From Candidatus Versatilivorator sp. (GTDB lineage Bacteria > Acidobacteriota > Terriglobia > Versatilivoradales > Versatilivoraceae): 64,000 bases of DNA. Each line of letters opens with the position of its first letter. Within the stretch, counting starts at the first letter, position 1. The stretch lies in assembly GCA_965207735.1 (NCBI GenBank), contig OZ242296.1, positions 3,744,001 to 3,808,000 on the forward strand, read 5' to 3'. The position numbers and the translations under genes were made by a program. The notes beneath the pieces were generated by a model. That model saw only the letters and a list, made by a program, of their open reading frames with translations. It had not been told where the DNA came from and made no database searches. Positions 18,598 through 28,559 of the stretch are shown here, piece by piece.

Positions 18598-18972
18598 ATG
18601 TTCTTCAAGGAAAACGATTCGACCGGGGTCCGACGAGTGGATGGTATCCACGAGGGCCGGGGCGCCATTCAAGTGCGGTCCTTTTTTGACGGCAAGAGCC
18701 GACTGGGGACGCGCTTCCACGTTTGGGAACTCGATCCGGGGACCAGCGAAGGCACCCACACCCACGAGGAAGCGGGGGCTTTGGAGGAGATCTACTATTT
18801 TACCCAGGGCCGGGGAAGGATGTGGATTGGAGACGACCATGTGGACGTCTCTGCCGGGGATGCCATCCTGGTGCCTGCGGGAGTGCCTCACGGCTTCGAG
18901 AACAACGGGACTTCGCCACTAAGAGTCGTCCTCTTTTTCGGCAAGCCGCAACCGGACCAATCCCCTTCCTAG
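18598..18972 (+). CDS. Cupin domain protein
   Basis: HTH...EEIYY...G.G, VPAGVPHGFEN. Confidence 0.88.
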   Translation: MFFKENDSTGVRRVDGIHEGRGAIQVRSFFDGKSRLGTRFHVWELDPGTSEGTHTHEEAGALEEIYYFTQGRGRMWIGDDHVDVSAGDAILVPAGVPHGFENNGTSPLRVVLFFGKPQPDQSPS

Positions 18973-19015
18973 TAACGGCCCGGAGCGATGCCGGGACTTG
19001 AGACCGCGGCCAGCC

Positions 19016-19960
19016 ATGAGACTTCGCAAGTTGGGAAATACCGGGTTGACTGCCTCCGAGGTGTCCCTGGGGACGGCCGAGATCGGCCTGGATTACGGAT
19101 TCAAGGACTCGCCTCAATATTCCCGGCCTGCTATTCGGGACTCGATCCGTTTGATTCACCAGTGTGTGGATCGGGGGATCAGTTGGCTGGATACGGCTCG
19201 GGCCTACGGCAACAGCGAGGAGGTAATCGGACAGGCTCTGAAGGACCTGTCCCCCAGACCTCGGATTTCCAGCAAGGTGATCTTCGATGGTCCGGTCGGC
19301 GACATGAACCCCGGTAGGCAGCGGGACCATGTGTTCCATTCGATCGAATCCAGCCTGCGGGCCCTTCAGGCGGATGCCATCGACCTGCTCTACATCCACA
19401 ATGCCACCGAGAAGCTGCTGGGGCAGACCGCTATCCGCGATTCGCTGGAGGAAGCCCGGTCCCAGGGGAAAATCAGGCTGGCGGGAGCGACCTGCTATGG
19501 GGAGGAAGACGCCCTGGCCGTCCTGAAAGACCCGCTGTTTCAGGTGCTGCAGGTCCCTTTCAACCTCCTCAACCAGAAAATGAGACAGCGGGTCTTTCCG
19601 GAAGCAGCTCGCAAGGGAGTCGGTGTCTTTGTGCGGTCCGCTTTCTTGCGGGGAGTGCTCACGCCTCAGATCGATTTCCTGCCCGAAAAGCTGGCCCCGC
19701 TTCGGGAGCAGGCCTCCAGGATTCTCCAGGTTCTGGGTCCGGAGGTGGACGGTCTTGCCGAGGCCGCCCTGCGTTTCTGCCTTTCCCTGCCGGAAATCTC
19801 CTCGGTCCTGATGGGATTGAAGAATGAGGCCGAGTTGGAGTCCAATGTTTCCAGCCTTTCCCGAGGCCCGCTGCCGGAGGCGGTGATGCCGGCCATGGCG
19901 GGGATGTCTTTGTCCGATCGCACCCTGGTGGACCCTATCTACTGGCAGGACCTGATTTGA
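19016..19960 (+). CDS. Aldo/keto reductase
   Basis: LGT, DTARAYGNSE, SLRALQADAIDLLYIH, QVPFN. Confidence 0.92.
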   Translation: MRLRKLGNTGLTASEVSLGTAEIGLDYGFKDSPQYSRPAIRDSIRLIHQCVDRGISWLDTARAYGNSEEVIGQALKDLSPRPRISSKVIFDGPVGDMNPGRQRDHVFHSIESSLRALQADAIDLLYIHNATEKLLGQTAIRDSLEEARSQGKIRLAGATCYGEEDALAVLKDPLFQVLQVPFNLLNQKMRQRVFPEAARKGVGVFVRSAFLRGVLTPQIDFLPEKLAPLREQASRILQVLGPEVDGLAEAALRFCLSLPEISSVLMGLKNEAELESNVSSLSRGPLPEAVMPAMAGMSLSDRTLVDPIYWQDLI

Positions 19961-19990
19961 TCGAGGCCGCCCTACTGGAGGTGATGACGC

Positions 19991-20977
19991 ATGGTACCGA
20001 AATCCAAGTCCGAGGACCGCTTCCGGCAAGGCCGTGACAGAGGCTGCCGGTTTCTGATGCGGCAGTTGCGGCCGGATGGAGGCTTCGGATCGCCTGAACG
20101 CGGGCTGGCGGATTACTACAAGGTCCCATTGGCCTTGATGGTCAGCGGGGCCAGCGCCGAGGCCAATCGGCTCCTGGACTGGATTCGCCGGCACGGTCAA
20201 GGCCGGGACGGAGACTTCGGACCCCGCTTGCCGGAAACCAACGGGTACTACTACATTTACTACAACATCTGGGTCATTATCGCGGCCCACCGCCAGGGGC
20301 ACTTCGACTTGTCTCAACGGGGCATGGACTTTGTGATGCGCTTCTACGATGAGGAGAGCGGCGGATTCTATTCCAGCCCCCTCCAGAGGACCGCCAGAGT
20401 CTTGCAGGACCTCTGGGTGGTGAGCGGAGGGGGCCAGGCCGCCCTCTACACCGGCCGGATGCGGGAGAGCCTTGGGGTCGGCCGCTGGATGAAGCGGTTG
20501 ATGGGTTTGCAGCCCAACTACCCGGAGCAGCTCTATTCGGTCTACAGCCGTGCGGGCGGTCTCCAATCGAACTTCAGTCCGGAGGAAGAAATCCGTTTCG
20601 TGTTGAACGCCTCTGCCGAGCGGGACGAATACTTCTTTCATCCCGGGATCGCCGCAGGCTTCCTGGCGAATCTTTACAAGGCGACCGCGCAGAAGGAATG
20701 GCTCCGCCTGGCCCGGGACTATCTGAGGCTGGCCGAGATTGCCAGCGATTTCAACTACAGGAGCCTGCGAGCGGGAAAGGTGGCCTGGGCCGCCTCCAAC
20801 CTCTTCACCCTGACCGGTGAGCGGAAATATGCTGAAATGGCCGCACGGGTGGGCGACAATGTGCTGGCCGCTCAGGCCGAGGACGGTTGCTGGAAATTCG
20901 GCCAGATGAGCAGCAACGACGCCACCGCCGAGATGGTGGTGTGGCTGGACGAAGTGCATCAGGCCATCGGCGGCTGA
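19991..20977 (+). CDS. Hypothetical alpha/alpha-barrel-like protein
   Basis: QLRPDGGF, QGRDGDF, ESGGF and QAEDGCW repeats typical of prenyltransferase/(alpha/alpha)6 folds. Confidence 0.7.
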   Translation: MVPKSKSEDRFRQGRDRGCRFLMRQLRPDGGFGSPERGLADYYKVPLALMVSGASAEANRLLDWIRRHGQGRDGDFGPRLPETNGYYYIYYNIWVIIAAHRQGHFDLSQRGMDFVMRFYDEESGGFYSSPLQRTARVLQDLWVVSGGGQAALYTGRMRESLGVGRWMKRLMGLQPNYPEQLYSVYSRAGGLQSNFSPEEEIRFVLNASAERDEYFFHPGIAAGFLANLYKATAQKEWLRLARDYLRLAEIASDFNYRSLRAGKVAWAASNLFTLTGERKYAEMAARVGDNVLAAQAEDGCWKFGQMSSNDATAEMVVWLDEVHQAIGG

Positions 20978-21094
20978 GGAATGGCTGTCCGGGTATGGGC
21001 GCTGGTCGTGTCACAACCCCATGCGGAGGGTTCGGCCGTTCGCCCGTCCTTCCCCGGCCGCGGTCTCACAACCAAGGAAAGAGGAGAAGACGAT

Positions 21095-21463
21095 ATGCCT
21101 TTTATCAACATCCTGGAACTTCCGCCTCTCGAGCTTCAGCCCGGAGTCCGGCTTCGCACCCCCTACGGCAAGAACCTGATGCTCTCCTATCTGGAGATCG
21201 AGGAGGGCGCCGTGGTTCCTTTGCACAACCATCCCCATGAGCAGGGGGGAATCGTGCTGGAGGGAAAGCTCAAGATGACGATCGGAGACCAGACCCGTGT
21301 CTGCGAGGCGGGGTCGATGTTCCTGGTGCCCCCCAACGTCTACCACAAGGCCGTGGCAGTGGGTGGACCGGTGCGGGCGCTGGATATTTTCAGCCCTGTC
21401 CGCGAGGATTACGCCAAGCTGTCCAATACCTATGTCGGCGACGCCGACGCCGAGCCCGGCTAG
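21095..21463 (+). CDS. Cupin domain protein
   Basis: PLHNHPHEQ, PPNVYH, DIFSPVREDY; AGGAG RBS. Confidence 0.9.
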   Translation: MPFINILELPPLELQPGVRLRTPYGKNLMLSYLEIEEGAVVPLHNHPHEQGGIVLEGKLKMTIGDQTRVCEAGSMFLVPPNVYHKAVAVGGPVRALDIFSPVREDYAKLSNTYVGDADAEPG

Positions 21464-21533
21464 CCTGCATCTCTCACCAGGGTCGGGAAGCGTGGAATTT
21501 CGATCCGCGAAAGAGTAGGAAGGACAAGACATC

Positions 21534-23222
21534 ATGCTGAATCGCAGGCGGTTTCTGCAGAGCGTGGGTGCGGCCGCACCCCTATCCATGGTCTCAACCG
21601 CGGGCAGCCTGTCGCCCGCCCGCCCGGCCGACGATCCGGCGCCGGCCGAGCCACTCGTGTTTCTGCGGGAAGACTTTCACCACATGTCGGGGATCGCTCC
21701 GCCTCTGACCAGGGCGGATGTGACCAAGACGGTGGACCAGGTTGCCGGCACCTCGGTGAACACCCTCATATTCCAACTGGCTCCCCGGGGTGGCATGTGC
21801 ATTTACGACACCAAGGTCGGAGAGATGCATGGGAGCAACGTGCGCAAATGGAACCATGCGGTGAACTATCGGGACGGCCTGCATGTGCGCCAACTGGTGC
21901 GCGAGGGTTGGGATCGTCCCCAGTTGTTCTGCGACCGCTGCCATGAAAAGGGGATGCTGTTTCTTGCCAGTGCTCACCTCAACCTCGGGGCCGGGGCTGC
22001 CGAGCAGGCCCGGGGCACCGGTCGACTTTCCGACTTCGTGCTCGACAGCGATCACTTGCGGGTGGGCAAGGATGAAGATCCGCGAGCCCGCAACATTTCC
22101 CCGGTCCGGCTCAACTTCATCCATCCCGAAGTCAGGGAGGAGCGCCTCCGCATCTTCAAGGAATTGCTCACCCGTTACACGACCGACGGCGTGGAGGTAC
22201 ACTCCGAGGTGCTCCCCATCTGCCGCTTCAACCAGGTGAGCCAATGCGCGCCCCTGCTCACTCGGTGGCTACGGGACCTGAAGGCCATAGCCGAGAAGGC
22301 GGAGAAGGAGCAGGGCCGGCGCAAACGGGTCTACATGCGAATCCCGGCGAACCCCCAGGCCTGGGAGGCCGCGGGCCTCGAGGTGGCCGACTGGATTTCG
22401 GAGGGGTTGGTGGACGGACTGATCTGTGCCTCCACCGACCCGGAAGTTTTCGACCAGGACATCGATATATCCAAGGTGGTTTCGCTGGCCCGGGGGAGTT
22501 CCTGCCGCATTCTGGTCGAGTGTGGGACGACCCTGGGGAAGCGGCGGGACGACAAGCCGACCGCCAGGCTGGTGTGGGGGGCTGCCGCCAACGCTTACCA
22601 CCAGGGAGCGGCCGGCTTTGGAATCAACGACATGGTACGAAGCCAGCGACTGGCTTTCCTGGAGCCCATGGTGGACGCGCTGCGTCCGTTGGGGTCTCCG
22701 GAGATGTTGGAAACCGCCGACAAGATCTACCATGTGCGCGACCAGCCTCGCAATCCCGGGAATTTCGGGTCGGGCCTGCCTGGATTCGATCCCGTGCTTC
22801 CCAAGCCGCTTGAAGTTGGACAGCCTCAGGAAGTGCCGTTACGGGTTGCCGACGATCTCCGCCGCTGGCACTCCCTGGACCGGCTGAGGTCTGCCAGGTT
22901 GAGGGTCCGCATCAACAACCTGGAGCCCTCCCTCAACCGGCTCAGCATCGAGCTCAACGGCAAGCCGCTGCCCGACTCCATGCTGCAGATCACCGACTTG
23001 AACTACCGCTTCGTCAAGGAAGGAGTGGCCTACCAGGGAAGTCAGATCTATGAGTACCGGCTGTCCCCCGAGCATTACCCCAATCCCGGGGAAAACGTGG
23101 TCAAGGTGACCTTGCTTGAGAAGGACCCGGATGTGGATCTGCTGTTCGCCATCCAAGATGTGGACTGCTCCATCGAATACCGGCTGCACCGGCATTTCGA
23201 GCCGAGGCCCATCGAGTATTGA
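21534..23222 (+). CDS. Tat-exported TIM-barrel (GH-like, DUF187-like) protein
   Basis: NRRRFL signal; LNFIHPEVREER...DGVE; beta-sandwich-like C-terminus; paralog of next gene. Confidence 0.75.
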   Translation: MLNRRRFLQSVGAAAPLSMVSTAGSLSPARPADDPAPAEPLVFLREDFHHMSGIAPPLTRADVTKTVDQVAGTSVNTLIFQLAPRGGMCIYDTKVGEMHGSNVRKWNHAVNYRDGLHVRQLVREGWDRPQLFCDRCHEKGMLFLASAHLNLGAGAAEQARGTGRLSDFVLDSDHLRVGKDEDPRARNISPVRLNFIHPEVREERLRIFKELLTRYTTDGVEVHSEVLPICRFNQVSQCAPLLTRWLRDLKAIAEKAEKEQGRRKRVYMRIPANPQAWEAAGLEVADWISEGLVDGLICASTDPEVFDQDIDISKVVSLARGSSCRILVECGTTLGKRRDDKPTARLVWGAAANAYHQGAAGFGINDMVRSQRLAFLEPMVDALRPLGSPEMLETADKIYHVRDQPRNPGNFGSGLPGFDPVLPKPLEVGQPQEVPLRVADDLRRWHSLDRLRSARLRVRINNLEPSLNRLSIELNGKPLPDSMLQITDLNYRFVKEGVAYQGSQIYEYRLSPEHYPNPGENVVKVTLLEKDPDVDLLFAIQDVDCSIEYRLHRHFEPRPIEY

Positions 23223-23281
23223 CATGAGAAAGGAGGAGCAGCCTTGACGGTTCCATGGAGTCCGTCAGGCCGCGACCAACC

Positions 23282-25042
23282 ATGAAGCGCAGACATTTCT
23301 TGCAAGCTCTGGGCGTGGCGGCCCCCGGCGCCGCCCTGGCCTCGCCGGCCTCAGCCTCGGCCGCAAAGCGCCGCCAGGGAGCCTCCGGGGAGGGGAAGGC
23401 GGGCGACCCCAGGGTCTTCTTCTACGACGACGGGCGCCACTATTCCGGTCTCTATCAATTCGCCCCGCCGCTGGAGGCTGCCGATCTGACCTACGCCGTG
23501 GATCAACTGGTCGACAGCGGCGTCGACACCCTGCTCTATTCGGCCGGACTGGAAGGGGGCGCCGTCCAGTACGGCAGCCAGGTGGCTCCATTGTGGGGCG
23601 ACAACGTGGATGTCTGGGTGCACCCCATCTTCTACCGCGCCTCACGCAACCTCAAGCAACTGGTGGCCGACGGCAACGACCCCATGCGCATCCTGGCCGA
23701 GCGCTGTCACCGGAAGGGAATCTGGTTCATTCCCACCTGTCCGGTCTGCATCATCGGAGGAGGCGCGGAATCGGAGCGGGGTTACGGCAGGAAGTCCGAT
23801 TTCGTTTTCGACAACCCCCAGTTTTGCGTGGGGGAGGACGATCATCCGCAGGCGCAGCTCCTGGGACGCATGTTCGGCGCCGGGCGACTCAACTTTCTCC
23901 ACGCCGAGGTGCGCAGGGAGCGGTTCCGGATCTTCGAGGAATTGCTCACTCGTTACGAGTCCGACGGGGTGGAGTTGGACTTCTCGCTGGACAACGAATT
24001 CGGACCCTTCTGCCGTTTCGGCGAAGTGACTCGACTGGCCCCCGTCCTGACGCAGTGGATCCGGGACATCAGAGAGGTGGCCCGCAAGGCCGAGGAAGCG
24101 CAAGGCCGGCGCAAGCGGGTCTATGTGCGGATCCCCGCGGGTCCCCCCTCCATGTGGAGGATTCCCGGATTTGAAGTGGAGACCTGGGTGACGGAAAAAC
24201 TGGTGGACGGATTGGTCTGCATGAGTCCATACAAGAAGGAGACTCCCAGGAACAACATGCTCCTGTTCGATCAGGATCTGAACCTGTCTGCCGCCGTGAG
24301 GCTGACCCGGGGAACCGGTTGCCGGGTGCTGGCGGGGATCACCAGCCGCCTGGGGCGTCAACTGGAGAGCACGGCCACGGCTCCCATGCTCTGGGGGGCG
24401 GCGGCCCTGGCTTACGACAAGGGAGCCGACGGGTTCGGTCTGAGCTCGGGAGGATGGGCCCCGAACGGCTGGCCCTGGACGGCACCGGAGTACGAGACTT
24501 TGCGCTTGCTGGGGCAGCCTGAGCTGCTGGCCACCGCCGACAAGAACTATCGGGTCCGCTCGCTGGACCGCGCCGCAAGCGATCCCAAGCCCTTGTTCCC
24601 GATTCAGGACCCTGTCCTTCCCCAAAGATTGCCCGAGGGGAAACTCGTGACCCTGCCCCTGGCCGTGGCCGACGACCTGTCACCATGGCAGGCCTTGGGA
24701 CGCGTCAAGTCGGTGCGGCTACGGGTGCGGGTTACCTCCATCGAGCCCTCCCTCGACAAGCTGGCCGTCAGCCTCAATGGCCGGACTCTGCCGGACGCCA
24801 TCAGAAACGACATCGATCTGCATTTCAGAGTTCTGAAGAACATGGCTGTCGGGCCCTACGGCTACATTCTGGAATACCACCTGCCTCCCGAACACTACCC
24901 CAGGAAGGGAACCAACCAGGTCGGGGTGACCCTGGTCCAGCGTGATCCCAGGATCAATTCCCCGGTCGACGTGGTGGATGTGGACTGCCATATCGACTAT
25001 CGCCACCATAGGAACTTCGAGGACTCCCCCATCCAGTACTGA
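23282..25042 (+). CDS. Tat-exported TIM-barrel (GH-like, DUF187-like) protein
   Basis: KRRHFL signal; YDDG, LNFLHAEVRRER...DGVELDF. Confidence 0.75.
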   Translation: MKRRHFLQALGVAAPGAALASPASASAAKRRQGASGEGKAGDPRVFFYDDGRHYSGLYQFAPPLEAADLTYAVDQLVDSGVDTLLYSAGLEGGAVQYGSQVAPLWGDNVDVWVHPIFYRASRNLKQLVADGNDPMRILAERCHRKGIWFIPTCPVCIIGGGAESERGYGRKSDFVFDNPQFCVGEDDHPQAQLLGRMFGAGRLNFLHAEVRRERFRIFEELLTRYESDGVELDFSLDNEFGPFCRFGEVTRLAPVLTQWIRDIREVARKAEEAQGRRKRVYVRIPAGPPSMWRIPGFEVETWVTEKLVDGLVCMSPYKKETPRNNMLLFDQDLNLSAAVRLTRGTGCRVLAGITSRLGRQLESTATAPMLWGAAALAYDKGADGFGLSSGGWAPNGWPWTAPEYETLRLLGQPELLATADKNYRVRSLDRAASDPKPLFPIQDPVLPQRLPEGKLVTLPLAVADDLSPWQALGRVKSVRLRVRVTSIEPSLDKLAVSLNGRTLPDAIRNDIDLHFRVLKNMAVGPYGYILEYHLPPEHYPRKGTNQVGVTLVQRDPRINSPVDVVDVDCHIDYRHHRNFEDSPIQY

Positions 25043-25186
25043 GGGGAGGGTTGGACTTCAGAGCTCAGTTGCCCAGGAAGCGGACTGGCTCGATGATCGC
25101 CTCAAATCCGACATCTTCAATCATTTCGTGAGCTTGATGCGACTTCGTCCCCCCGGTGTCCCTTCGCGGATCGTCGCTCGGCTGTC

Positions 25187-26503
25187 TCAGGCAGGTTTGG
25201 CCGGTCTGATGATGGGCAGCCGGAACACCAGCCAGAGCGCCCCCAGGATGGTGGCGATGGCGAATCCGAAGCTGGCGGCGAATCCGAACCCGCCGGTCAA
25301 GGCTCCGTGGGTGGCGGGAGCCACGCTGGAAGCCAGCGGAGCCAGGGCCATGACCGACATGTTTCGGGCTCCCTCCGCCGCCGGCGAGATGCTGACTACG
25401 TAGTTGGGAAGGTAGGCTCCTCCCAGTTCTCCCGCTCCCAGCAACCCGAAGGAAAGCAGGTAGCCGAAGCCCGGCACCAGCCAGGCCCAGGCGATTCCCG
25501 CTCCCACCAGCAGGACCGTTGTGGTCACCGGCGACCGAATTCCCCTGCGGAGAGCCAAAGCCCCCAGCAGGAACCCGGCCACCGACTTGAATCCGAAGCG
25601 AAGGGCCATCACCAGTCCCGAAAACTCCTTGGGTTCCCTCCCCATGGCCTGCCGGGTATAGAGCGAGAGGTTGGGCATGGATGATAGCGAGAAGTACCAG
25701 AGCACATAGGCGATCCAGGTCAGGGCCAGGGGGCGGGAGGAAAAAAAGGCCCCGATGCTGCTCCGGAGATAAGGCAGCAAGGGCGGGCGCTGCTTCTGTT
25801 CCTTGACCGGAACCAGCTGGTAGCGGCTGCTGAGAAAGGCCACCGTGGCCATGCAGGGCACGCCGATGCCGTAGAGGAAGGCGAAGTCCAGGGGATAGGG
25901 CAAGAAGGGCAGTCCCCGGTTCAGAATGAACTGGGCTCCCAGGGAGCCGGCTACCGCGGCCAGGGGAGTGAACCCGAAAGCGATGCCGAAGATTCTGGCA
26001 CGCCCGGGCGTGGTGGTTCCGCGGCGCAGGCATTGGAAACCGAAAGCGTGGGCCACCGAATTGGAAACGCCCTGGATCAGGCCCTGGGCCAGGAGAGCGG
26101 CAATGCGGACCGCGTTGGAGAAGGGCAGCAGCAAGGTGGTCCCCACGGCAGCCAGCACGGTGGTGCTGATGCCGTAGGACCAGACCACGGTGGCCCTTTC
26201 CAGGCGGTAAGGGATGAGCCAGGAACAGATCAACGGCCCGAGCCCGCCCAGCAGGTGGAGGGATGCGGGCAGGCTGGCGACCGTGTAGCCGGCCCCGAGC
26301 TTGTCGCACAGGGCAGCCTGGACAATGCCGATGTAGGTGACCGGGGCGGCCAAGTAGATCAGCACGTAGGAGCAGAAGAAAAGGACCCCGTTCCGGCGTT
26401 CCATGGACGGCGTCAGGCCTTCCAGTTCCTGCTGCTCGGGAAGTGAGTCGGTGGTGTCAGGAGTCGTTCCCGGGGAACCGGAAGGGTCGCTATTTTGAAA
26501 CAC
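25187..26503 (-). CDS. MFS-type transporter
   Basis: About 12 hydrophobic helices in two bundles; start uncertain. Confidence 0.8.
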   Translation of the reverse strand: MFQNSDPSGSPGTTPDTTDSLPEQQELEGLTPSMERRNGVLFFCSYVLIYLAAPVTYIGIVQAALCDKLGAGYTVASLPASLHLLGGLGPLICSWLIPYRLERATVVWSYGISTTVLAAVGTTLLLPFSNAVRIAALLAQGLIQGVSNSVAHAFGFQCLRRGTTTPGRARIFGIAFGFTPLAAVAGSLGAQFILNRGLPFLPYPLDFAFLYGIGVPCMATVAFLSSRYQLVPVKEQKQRPPLLPYLRSSIGAFFSSRPLALTWIAYVLWYFSLSSMPNLSLYTRQAMGREPKEFSGLVMALRFGFKSVAGFLLGALALRRGIRSPVTTTVLLVGAGIAWAWLVPGFGYLLSFGLLGAGELGGAYLPNYVVSISPAAEGARNMSVMALAPLASSVAPATHGALTGGFGFAASFGFAIATILGALWLVFRLPIIRPAKPA

Positions 26504-26639
26504 CCCTGTTTCACCCCGTATCAGCCGCCCCGTCGAATGGGAGGTCGGCGCGGCCAGATGAATAGTGAAGAGCTTAAAGACAGTGGAGAGTAATTAGTGG
26601 TCAATTGTTTCGCAGTGTATGGTCCGCACGGCAGGGCGG
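26496..26639 (+). repeat. Degenerate copy of the TGAAACA...TGTTTCA modular repeat
   Basis: TGAAACA-CCCC-TGTTTCACCCCGTATCAGCCGCCC at 26496 and TTGTTTCGCAGTGTATGGTCCGCACGGCAGGGCGG at 26605 resemble tails at 51366 and 63142. Confidence 0.6.
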
Positions 26640-26650
26640 AGCCTGGCTAA

Positions 26651-27412
26651 TCAGGGCCGAGGCAGGACGAACCCTCCATCCACCCGAAGGAAGCTACCCG
26701 TCATGTAGGAGGAATCCTCTTCCGAGACCATGAACAGGATGGCCTTGGCCATCTCCTCGGAGGTCCCCAGACGGCCCATCAGCAGCTTGCTGCCCCGTTC
26801 CTTGATCTGCTGGTCAGAGGTATAGGCGCGTTCTCCGGGAGTGTCGATCCAGCCGGGCTCCAGGACGTTCACCCGGATCCTGTATTGGGCCAGTTCCGCC
26901 GCCCAGGTCGCCGCCATGTGGTTGATGGCGGCTTTGGCGCCGTTGTAGGCGGTGGATAGGGCATAGGGTCGAAAGGCGTGCACCGAGCTCACGATGGCGA
27001 TGCTGCCTCCATTCCCCTGCTTCACCATCTGGCGGGCGGCCAGTTGGCAGCAGTGGAAGACGCCCCACAGCGTCACGCCCCAGGTCTTCTCCACCTCCTC
27101 GACCTCCATTTCGAGGAAGGGCTTACGGATGCTGTAGGCCGCGTTGGCGACCATGATGTCCAGTCGGCCCAGTCTTTCCACCGTCTCTCGAACCATGGCT
27201 TCGTCCTGGGCTCTATCGGCCACGCTTCCCTGAAACAGGAAGGAACGGCGTCCCAGCCCCTGGATTTCCCGAACCACTTCGCGCCCTTCCTCCGGGTGGC
27301 TGTAGGCATTCACGGCGACGTCGGCGCCGTTTCTGGCCAGCTCGATGGCGGCGGCACGGCCGATCCCACGGGATGATCCGGTGACAATGGCGACTTTGTT
27401 CTTGAGTTTCAT
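26651..27412 (-). CDS. SDR family oxidoreductase
   Basis: TGSSRGIG, ANA, SSVH, YNGAK. Confidence 0.92.
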   Translation of the reverse strand: MKLKNKVAIVTGSSRGIGRAAAIELARNGADVAVNAYSHPEEGREVVREIQGLGRRSFLFQGSVADRAQDEAMVRETVERLGRLDIMVANAAYSIRKPFLEMEVEEVEKTWGVTLWGVFHCCQLAARQMVKQGNGGSIAIVSSVHAFRPYALSTAYNGAKAAINHMAATWAAELAQYRIRVNVLEPGWIDTPGERAYTSDQQIKERGSKLLMGRLGTSEEMAKAILFMVSEEDSSYMTGSFLRVDGGFVLPRP

Positions 27413-27515
27413 TGGCGCTCGACCTCGTTTGGCAAGTTCTTCCACCCCATGAAGGATCCCCATTCTGACACAAGCCCGGGCACCGGCCAACGCCAATTGA
27501 GCCTACCTCCGGTGG

Positions 27516-28421
27516 TCAGGGTACGGAGACCTCCGAGCTGCCCGATTCCTTGAGGGCCAGATAGGTGGAACTGAGGAATATCAGGGTTCCCCCCAGCCAC
27601 ACCCAGCGGTCGGGCACTTCCCCGAAGACCAGGAAACCCAACAGGGCGGCCCAGACGAGCTGCAGGAAGTCGAAGGGAAGCACCGCCGAGGCCTCGGCCA
27701 TCTTGAAAGCCTGGGCCAGGCAGATCTGTCCCGCTGTTCCAAGCAGACCCACCAGCAGCAGCCAGAAAAGTTGCTCCCCGCCGGGCCAATTCCAGACCGG
27801 CAGCGCCGCCAGCAGGGAAAAGGGAGTGGTAAAGAGCACCATGTAGGTGGCGATGGTCAGGCTGGAATCGGTGCGGGAGAGCGCCTTGATGAAGACCAGG
27901 CTTACCGCCCACATCACGGCTGACAGCAGAATGAGTGGCGGTCCCCAACCGAAGTCCTGAGTACCGGGTCGCAGGATGACGGCGGCGCCCGCCATTCCGG
28001 TGGCGATCACCCCCAGCCGGCGCAGCCGGAAGGGCTCCTTCAGGACCAGGATAGCCAGCAGGGACGCAAAGAGGGGAGAGGTGAAGTTGAGGGCCGCGAT
28101 GGAGGCAATGGGGGTGATGAGCACGGCCGAATAGAAAGCCAGCATGGCCAGCAGGTTGAAGACACCTCTGCCGAGATGAAGCCTGACCTTGCGGGTCTTC
28201 AGGAACTCCAGGCCTCGGTGCGACTGCCAGGCGACCAGCGCCGCCAGTCCGAAAAAGTTGCGGAAGAAAGCCAATTGAAAGGGGTGCAGTTGCCCCGGGA
28301 CCATGCGGATGCAGACCACCATGCAGGTCAACACCAGGGTAGCCAGCACCATCAGCAGGGCGCCGGAAATCCTGTGGGTGGAAGGGTGGATTCTCATTAT
28401 TGCCTGGTTGGTTGAATCCAT
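27516..28421 (-). CDS. DMT/EamA family transporter
   Basis: About 10 TM segments, FTSPLF...LKE, EASAVLPFDF, FGEVP. Confidence 0.92.
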   Translation of the reverse strand: MDSTNQAIMRIHPSTHRISGALLMVLATLVLTCMVVCIRMVPGQLHPFQLAFFRNFFGLAALVAWQSHRGLEFLKTRKVRLHLGRGVFNLLAMLAFYSAVLITPIASIAALNFTSPLFASLLAILVLKEPFRLRRLGVIATGMAGAAVILRPGTQDFGWGPPLILLSAVMWAVSLVFIKALSRTDSSLTIATYMVLFTTPFSLLAALPVWNWPGGEQLFWLLLVGLLGTAGQICLAQAFKMAEASAVLPFDFLQLVWAALLGFLVFGEVPDRWVWLGGTLIFLSSTYLALKESGSSEVSVP

Positions 28422-28559
28422 ATCTACAGGCAGTCACGCGCCGAGTGGCGAATCGGCTCCGACCCGTCTAAAATGGTGTTTCGCCTGTGGTGGCCAGGCG
28501 CGCCGGACGGTCCGGCCTGAAACTGCCGGCGAAGTTCCTCACGGGGGAGCGGGATTCTC

